Shown: piece by piece, positions 54,941 to 64,000 of the stretch | Layout of the letters: every line of letters starts with the position of its first letter | Position numbering within the stretch: position 1 is the first letter of the stretch | Assembly (NCBI GenBank): GCA_024137785.1 | Contig: JAHRHZ010000126.1 | Span: forward strand, 4,159,691 to 4,223,690 | Direction: 5' to 3' | Origin: Ginglymostoma cirratum | Lineage: Eukaryota | DNA: 64,000 bases | Made by a program: the position numbers and the translations under genes | Notes under the pieces: generated by a model | Seen by the model: the letters and a program-made list of their open reading frames with translations, nothing else | Databases searched by the model: none | Told to the model about the DNA's origin: nothing

Positions 54941-56117
54941 AGAAAAAAGTTATTTGTGCAAAGTAGCTCACAATCATTTATGATACGCACCTCTGTAGAA
55001 ATCCGTGAATTTCGCGTGTCAGCGGGGAATCCTTATTAACGAAGTGACGCTGGAATTCCTGTATATGTGACAGCGAAACAGGTAATGTATTGCGCAGTTG
55101 GTCATTTGGCTATAGCATATAAAACAAAAGCAGACCCCATGTGTGTTTCTAAGTAGTGTGTTGGACTACGGTCAGTTCCGAATACATTCACAACGGTGTC
55201 TTTTTTCTAAGTTCTATCTTGGAAAGGGCACAGCACTGAAGACTAATGTGTTTTCCATTTGGCGTATGTTTCCGAGCGCATTAATGCATCATTCGACACA
55301 GAGCGAATGGAATTTTAGCTGTTACTTTCGCAGTGTACTTTCTGTTCTTGCTACGCTTATGTCTAAATTATTAATCTGCAAGCCCTTTCAAATGACAAAC
55401 AGTGTGAGAAACAGCAGGCCCTGGGATCACAGCATTCATAATCGATTGTATCGCAATCAGAGTTTAAACAGATTCAAGCAATTATTTCAGCTCACCATGT
55501 TTTGGACTCGTGTATGTCACACTGCTTAGTTTACTCCCACAGCGTGTTCCTCCCCAAGGATAAAACACACTAAAGGACCCGTTTCACAATACAATGTCTG
55601 GTAGCTTTTTTCGCCCCATTTCCTGATCCTGTATGCTTCCTGCAAGTGGATATTTTGGTAAACTTGGCCATATTAGTACTGTCTTCTTAATAACCCGCCT
55701 GAAATCTCTGATAAATGGTCAGGTGAAGGTGTTACTGAAGAACATCAGACTGAAATCGCTGGTTTATTCATTCGGCGATTAAATACCCCACCATCATTCA
55801 TGGTGTAGTTTATATTTGCAGAAGTTGTGTTTCCTATTTAAGTGCTCAATGGGTTAGTTGTGAGGCGTATTTGCATTAAGTACCGATTACATTTTTAAAT
55901 ATCCGTTAGACCAAATGTTTGTGACTTCCCTCACTGATTGAGAAACCACAGATCTAGCTGACTGATTTATTAGCCCCCAGAAGGATAAACTATGTTCGCT
56001 GCCGAAGTGGGAAAAGTAATTGGACCCAGTTCATGTGCGCTTTATCTTAATATATAAATGCACCCGGCTTATTTAGATCAGTAGTTCCGAATCCTCACTT
56101 TCTTTGCAAGTTTCTGA

Positions 56118-56708
<591 letters not shown>

Positions 56709-57260
56709 GGAATCAGATGCAACTTCTCAGACTGATGAACTCTAAGAAATAATTTAAAATAGAATGGGCACTACCGACGAAACCACTGAACCTGTGTAGC
56801 TAACCCCACAGAACCGCCTTTCCCATTTAAGGGAATAGCGCAAGCATTATTTCCTCCCTTGACACCCTGTTTGCAAATATTTTTCATCAGATAAAGGGAC
56901 GCTTGACCGTTAAAAGAAATATTCTCGACTATTTGACTGGATATCACCTTTATTAATACACTATATAAGCTTGTTATTTTTAAGTTCAGCATTGTGATAA
57001 TAAAAAAGGAAACGTTTGGCGGAACGGATGTGTATATATCGAAATGTCAAATTAATTTTATAAAAGCAATTGTTAGTAATATCACGCCAGTGTTTTTGAA
57101 GTCACATAAAAAAAGCATGTCACGCGGAAGCTTGAAGGATTTTTCCGCTTAAAAGCGAGGGAATGTATATACTAACTGCAACCCTTGTATGTTTCTAACA
57201 CTGTCTATTATTAATTAATATTATTATTAAAAGTCTGTGTGGATATCAGTTTTGAGACTA
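56709..57260 (+). other. PITX2: PITX2 3' UTR with candidate polyA signals
   Basis: AATAAA 56999-57004 and ATTAAA 57226-57231; AU-rich. 3' end uncertain. Confidence 0.65.
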
Positions 57261-60200
57261 GTAACTCTGGTTGTAAGATTCAGTGATGTTCCGAAAAAGA
57301 TATTCATGTACAACTTCTCCTGTGTATACAATGGGAAACGACAGTGTTTCTTTTGCAGCTAAAAAGAAATGAAGCATTGTGCTCACCCAGAACGAAAAAT
57401 ATACCGTAAAACCATTTTGTCTAATTGGATTGTTTTTATGTTGACGTGTTTAATCCAAATAAGTACAACATTGGGATGAGGGGTGTGGACACAGAAAAAA
57501 AGTTGTCTATAACTACCCTCCACTCTTTGCAATGCTGACACAGAAATCAAATCGTGATTTAACATTGTAACACAGTCATCACTAACACCGGTCCATTGCC
57601 ATCGCTGGCGTGTTAACCGCCGGCTGCAAGCAATAGGCTGATTCCAAGGAGCCCCCATATTGTTTACCAGGTCGGGTTATCTGGTCAATGCGCTGCCAGG
57701 GAATATTTTAGGTATGAATACATTACCGAACAAATGAAATAAATGAATACACTCCAAAATATCGCTGACATAAAATTATAATGAAGATGATCAGCGCGAT
57801 GAAGTTAGTTCGCTGAAAGATTGTAATGACATCACTGAAATTTGCAGAAATGAACCAGAATAATGTCCAAAAATCTTTTTTTACAGAAGTACACAACGTA
57901 TGCAGGTCATAACTAACATCAGGTCGAGATTGTGTTTCTTTTTGTTTTTTTTAAAATACATTTTCAGCAGAATACATTTTTCAGAATCACAGGTTCAAAG
58001 GTCAGATTACATTTTCGATGACTTTATTAGGCTTATGTTACCTTATTAAAGGTCAGACAGTTTGTGTTTGGTTATTAATAATGTTGATCTAGCATTCTCA
58101 TGTGCGAGGCCTGTTTGCACATTAAATCATACAGGATTATGTCGTGTAGAGTCTATAATGAGAGTGCAAATGAAGATAAATTATACAGTAGTATACCCAT
58201 CACATGATTTGATTCGGATGGGGGTGCGCTACATGAAACATGAAAAGACAATGCGTGTTTTTGTTAAATAAAAGAGCAGGCATAAAGATCGGTAAAGGAA
58301 GTGATTTTTTATTGGAATCATGCAAGAAAATATGTTCTGCAAAATCAAATAAGTTTTTAAAAACGAAAAACCTTCTTTTAAAGTTTGCATTAAAACAGCA
58401 ACCTCCCTTTGGTAGACGTGTGAACTTTATGACACCACTTAAAACTGAGATCAAAGATGATTTTAACATTTTATGAGACACGGTATATGAAACTCTCCAA
58501 AGCAGCATGACATTCATGGGAGCAAAGACAAAGAGACGAGTACACCTTCCAGCTTAGTTTTCATCAGCACTGACGCAGACAGTTTTGTGGATTGGGAGAT
58601 CTTTGCCATTCAAAGCCCTGGGGATGATTAATGCAACGCCAATTTACTGAAGTGCTCCAAAAAAAATCAACATGCGCGTTTTATGAGGTGTCTTTGGACA
58701 TATCACAAACTATTGAGACCGAGATGCGAACCAAAAGCCCGATTGCAGGTTAGTCTACCTCAGTTTAGGTCATCTCATAAGTGTTTATATCTTACACACA
58801 CACACTATGTGTATATATAAAATTGAAGTCAGTAACAGATTAAAATGGCAGTCAGACTGAAGCTTTAACTTCAATCTGGATGTTCAAAGTCTGTGAGCAG
58901 AATTAATTTTTTTAAAAAAAATGACAAAACCAAGCAGCAATTCCACAGGGAAAAAAAGGATGGAAAAATAAATCAACGAGATGGATGAAATAGAAGTTTG
59001 AAGCGAAATCTGGGAAGTTTAGAAAATCATTTCTATTTTTGGCGCCACGTCGCCCAGGCCACTTTACGTCGAGAACAGAAACGTGTGTGTTCAAGTCGAA
59101 CGAAGCTCGCTTTGGGGCTTTGGGTGTAAGTAAATTGAACTACGTTTCGCAAATTATGTCTATCACGAGTGATTTGGACGTTTTCCCGAATAGCCTATGT
59201 GATTCAGACACGGGTTTTCTTGCCAACGGCTGTCTTTGCGTGGGTAAGAGAAATGTAAATTCCTGTGGAAATATGTCGGGTGAGATCGGCAGTCTTTTTT
59301 TTGAACGCGCTAACAATGCGGGCACCTTTCCTGCTCATTCTGAAGCGAATAAACAGATTATCGATTACTTTCTGTGCGCATGGTCGAAAAGGTATTGATT
59401 ATAACAATCACAGAGCAATATAAATCGATTTTTGCTAAACAACGATTTCGAACTGATCCCTTTTTTGTCCAAATCATACACACGTTGCAAATCGCTGTCT
59501 CTTCATATAGCACAGTTCCATTTATCTCGTTTACCCCCCCCCCCCCCGCTTGCAATTCGTACCCGTTTGGTCAGGTTTCCAACTGGAAGAATGTAGACAG
59601 CACTAATTTGGCCTTTCCCCCCTTTTCCGCTGCTATCCAGTCCTATTTGTACAGCTTGTTACTTCGCCATTCTCTCTTGTTCGGTTGTTCCTGTTTGGGA
59701 TCACCAAGTGAATTCTTCCTTCTGTCGGTAACTGAGGGGGCGAGATTGAAACGCCAGTTGAAGGTCTCAGTGGGGAACGAACAATGGTGTCTGGCTTTTC
59801 GGGACACCCAATACACATCCCAATCCACATCGAGCCGAGCCTGTGTCTGATTGAGCACGCTGCCGTCAATCTGCTGCTCACAGCACTTAGCAAACGAGAC
59901 TCAGAGAGTTTACAGGCAGAAGTTAAGTGTCCTCGACCTGGATTCTTTTTGCTTTTGATCCGACTCCTGTCTATCGACGATTTTGAGGTAGTGTGAGGGA
60001 AGCTGTCGGTTTTGTGGTTTTGTTCACTTTCGTTTCCGCGGGGAGGGGGGGGGGAGGGGGGAATGCTTTTGGTTTAGAATTAGCTGCAGGAACATAACTC
60101 GTCCACCTGTAGGTAAATATTCTAGAATGGGAGTACCATCATTTGCGCTCTACATCAGCGTGGATAGGGGGTAGGGTCAAATTTGCTTTGTGTGTGTGTG

Positions 60201-63200
60201 TTGATTATTACAACGGTTCATTTTGTTTAATGAAATTCAGGGCACCGTCGTGGCGTGTAAATCCAGTTTCTCTCTGTCAATGTTACATCTTCCTGGAAAA
60301 GGCAAACGAGAACGAGGGCTCGGTTTTATGTGAGCAGGCCCTTTATGTAATCTTCCAGAAATGACTATTTATTTCGTTCGGGGTCACTGTGGCTACCATA
60401 TCAACTCCAGCATAGCCTTCTTTTGAAATGAACTGTAATAGTCTCCCGAGAAAACAGTCCAGAACAATTCTAGACCGCTGCTGACTTCTATCGATTCTGC
60501 TAATCAAAAAAGGTGTGAGCGCGGTCCGAAGCCCATTTCCCAGCTTTGTTTAGATCGAATTAATAAGAATGAAGATTTGAAAGGTTTTTTTAGGTGGGAG
60601 GGGTGGGGTATGTATATATCTTTAACAAAAGAAGGTTAACTTTGTTCTTGACTTCAAGCTCAGTCAGTGAGCCGCCTCTCCCCCCACCAAACCGCAGGCC
60701 GCTAGGAATTTGCCAAATGTGATTTGATTAGGAAAATGTGATTAAACGGGTTTAATTTCAGGGTGCACTTCCTGCAATTCGAGGAAACTGGACTGTGTTA
60801 GGCAGTCGCTCGCTCCAGGGTAAAAACCTTTCTCCTAATCTGGTCTACACCCGGACCCACTGGAAAAATCCAGAAAGGGGGAATAAAATGAAAGCGGCTG
60901 GATACAATTGCCTATCGATTGTAATCCTTTACGGAGGTGAGAGTGATAACACGCAAATAGTAACTCAGCAAAAGCATCCACTGGACATAGTCAGAAATCC
61001 TTTTATTAAGTTGCACATATATTTTTGTGATCTACATCAGAAATATGTAGATGCTTTTTGAGCACTGCTTCTTCCATTTTGATAGAGACAATTTGAGTGT
61101 TTTGCGAGGTATAACGTTCTTCACGGCCTCTGTGGTTTAATTCTACTTTTAAGTGCTTTAGTTTCTGTGAGGGAACCTAAAACCCTGCCTTTTGATTGCT
61201 GCCAAAGTGACCTTACAGTCGGCATGCTCAGGATTTGAGTGCCCCCTCTGAAGAAGTAACAGCCACGACACGTGTCTGTCTGCTTGGGACTTCAGTGCAG
61301 GGTCTTTGCATATTACATCACACTCCGATGCGGCAGTGTTCCAGAGCTGCCTTTTCGCCAGGACCACTTTCCCATCTCTCGCTTATTGATTGTGTGCCCC
61401 GTAATTTAAAGCTGAGGTAGGTTAAGAGGCTACAGCTTTCTAATTACAGCGGGCCGAACCAGAGCATGTTCCTGGTGGGGCGGGGGGGTGGGGGTGGGGG
61501 GTTGGGGGAGGTCTCGCCAAACTGTACAAACCCAGCGACAAACTTTCGACAAGAGGTTCAGTTCTGGGTACTTTAACGTCATGGCCCCTTATTTGGTATT
61601 CACAAGCATATGCTTACCCGCTGTTTGCAGAAATAAGCGAGCGATATTCCTCCTGGTGTTCTTCCCTTTGTTAACACATCTATGTGTTTGTATTGCAGGG
61701 CCCCGTCAGTCATGGAGCGAATGTTGCGTTGATACAGCAATACCCTTGATGCTGTCAGCTCGCAAACAGTACTTGTGAAGTTTATATTAATGGCACAGTC
61801 AGATAAATATTGACAGCCTGCAGTGTGTATTTTTTTAAATAAATAGACTTATAAGAACTTTAGCAGTTTGGAGGCTGAATACTTTCGCTTTGAAATGCAC
61901 AACAGTGTTGGAAATTTTGAAGAAGACTGAAAATTGGGTTCCATTTAAAAGAGAATGGCACTGATTTACCATCGAGATCGTGGTCTGGTCAAATTTGAAT
62001 AAATGCAGTTGTTTTCTGAAATGGTGAATTTTTTTTATATGTAGTGACGGTGCTTTATCAGATCGAAACAATTATTTTTTGCTCAGAAGTTCTTAACTAT
62101 CATTTTGGGAAGCTTGGGACAGGCAGAGTGTCAGATAAACCCAAAGAAGACAGTTTTTTTGTTTTCTAAAATCAAGTGTTTGAGGATTTGATGGCAGATA
62201 GGCGAGGAACCGAGGACTTATTGAGTCCATTCCCTTTAAGCCAGTGTACCGCCGTTATTCTTGGTTCTAACGTGGTTTTGGAAGGAATTCCATCCTCACT
62301 TTCTCCTTTGCTTTTGTGTAGCCAACATTCGGACGGACGCTACCCGAGAGAGTTGACCTTTGTGTGAACGGGTCGGTGGTTCGCAACGCGAAGGGACCCT
62401 TGGCTGTTTATTAGTACTAGCGGAGGTTCCAGACCTAAACCGCAAAGTCGACAAGCGCCGTTGTTACTTGAGGTTACCATTGTAACCTTTAGTGAAAGAA
62501 GGAAGGAATCGGGTTACACACTCCAGCCTCGGTGCTTGAAGTCGCTGAAGCTCTCGAACGTCTGTCCGCGTTGCTTTGGTGAGCTGGGGCCCTCTCCTCT
62601 CCATTACACTGCCTGCTGCCTTTTACCCTTTCTCAGGTTGGCTACTTTGAAATACAGGGCAACAAAATTCCTGATCGGAAAACGCACCATAATTAAAATT
62701 GGCGTGATAATGTATTCCTAATAGATTGCCAGTTTGGCGAATCACCTTCACAGGAAGTATGAAATCCCGAAGAGGAAATAGGTGCCAGTTTAGAGTCGCT
62801 GTGTTCTGCTTGAACCCACTGGCGCAGGTTATATGAAATGACCGCAATATCGAATGGGTGGAGTCACATAACAGATAAGGGCGAACCTTCAATGTGGAAG
62901 GGTGAGCAATCCTCGCACACTCTCACAGGTAGGAAACCACTGAGCTAATGCCCACTGGGCGCTCTCATCTCAAACTGTTCATTTGATCATCTGCACCTTA
63001 CACACTTAATTGCTTTCCGGGAGGCACAGTTCATCAACAAGTTAATTTTAGGAAATTACTTTACCTTATTTTTATGGCAGAACGACCCTGAGGCACGCGG
63101 TGGACATAAGTAAATAAACTTCAATCTTTCTGCATTTGTCTGATTCACCCATTCACGAAACATAGGAAAGGCAAAGCATTAGTTGGGTTTGTTGTGCAGC

Positions 63201-63393
63201 GGTCAATTGGAAGGAAGCACTTTCTGCGCAAGTATAAAACATTTCAGAAGTGGCTTCTTTCCTCGCTCTATAGTCGAAGGAGGGATCACGCGAAAATAAA
63301 AGGTTGCTGTATTATGGTTTACGGAAGAGTAACCACTAATTGTGTTTTTTAAAAAATTGCTGAGTCACTGATATAAAAAATTTGAGCGAAACA

Positions 63394-63423
63394 ATTCTCC
63401 AGCATCTGCAGTTCCTACTATCC
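63394..63423 (+). mobile_element. 30-bp extreme 3' tip of the Penelope-like family
   Basis: attctccagcatctgcagttcctactatc nearly matches 2876-2904 and 34025-34053. Confidence 0.7.
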
Positions 63424-64000
63424 CGGGTACACGGTACTGATGACCATGTCTCTAACCGTTGCTCGTCCAAAACACGAAGTGCGCTTTGGTACAAGTTAGT
63501 ATGGATTTTGCCGTAATGTTCAGGCAAATTTTTCGTGAGTGAGCCAGTTTAGAGAATAAAATAAACACGCGTATTGCTCTATTTTGTCTGTCTGACTCTT
63601 CAGTAGATACAAAATAGTCGGCTGGCGGCGCCTTTGTGTCAGTGCGTAAGCCAGCTTTGCGGGAAACCGACAGATCTCAGAGTCCGCAAGAACCTACACA
63701 AAAATAAACACTACTTCGAAGTGGACAAACAATTATTTTAATTGCTAAAAACGGTTGCGCTTGCAGTACAAGTAACACCAAAAAGACGATTATTATAACA
63801 GGGCTGCTAATGATTCTTGTCGTTTTCAGTAAGCTGTTTCTACCAGCATTATTGTAACTGCATTGTGCACACACATGAAATTCGAACGTTCTTATTATGA
63901 GGTTCAGTTATTACTAATATAGATCAGTTAGCAATGCTCATGGATGTCTTAAAAAGGACAGGGCTGGCACACAATTGAAAAATTCTCCTTTGCAAGAAAA

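Noticed and set aside
58561-58585. REST/NRSE-like half sites (tcagcac...gacag)
   Set aside because: Non-canonical spacing and a poor right half.
59374-59850. 158-aa ORF downstream of PITX2
   Set aside because: Non-ATG start, no domain similarity, and it runs through a C homopolymer.

Overview
Vertebrate genomic DNA, very likely from a shark or ray (inferred from the HE1/V-SINE, CR1 and Penelope-like repeats). It contains the complete coding region of PITX2 on the + strand. Coding exons: the a/b-type start exon (42708-42744), the b-specific cassette exon (43944-44078), the c-specific first exon (53240-53423) and two shared homeodomain/OAR exons (54128-54333, 56145-56708). About 1-32 kb is CpG-poor and full of decayed transposons: a near-full-length CR1 inside a Harbinger-like element, other LINE fragments, SINEs and Penelope-like elements. 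About 32-64 kb is CpG-retaining and repeat-poor. Main observations: (1) splicing the a/b start exon directly to the homeodomain exon creates a TAA stop, so the canonical Pitx2a protein appears impossible here while Pitx2b and Pitx2c are intact; (2) short Penelope-derived, often palindromic insertions carry minimal hammerhead-ribozyme cores and 13-15 bp target-site duplications; (3) a pair of FoxH1 sites 3 kb downstream of the stop shares spacer and register with the candidate intronic asymmetric enhancer. All calls come from reading the sequence by eye; no searches were run.
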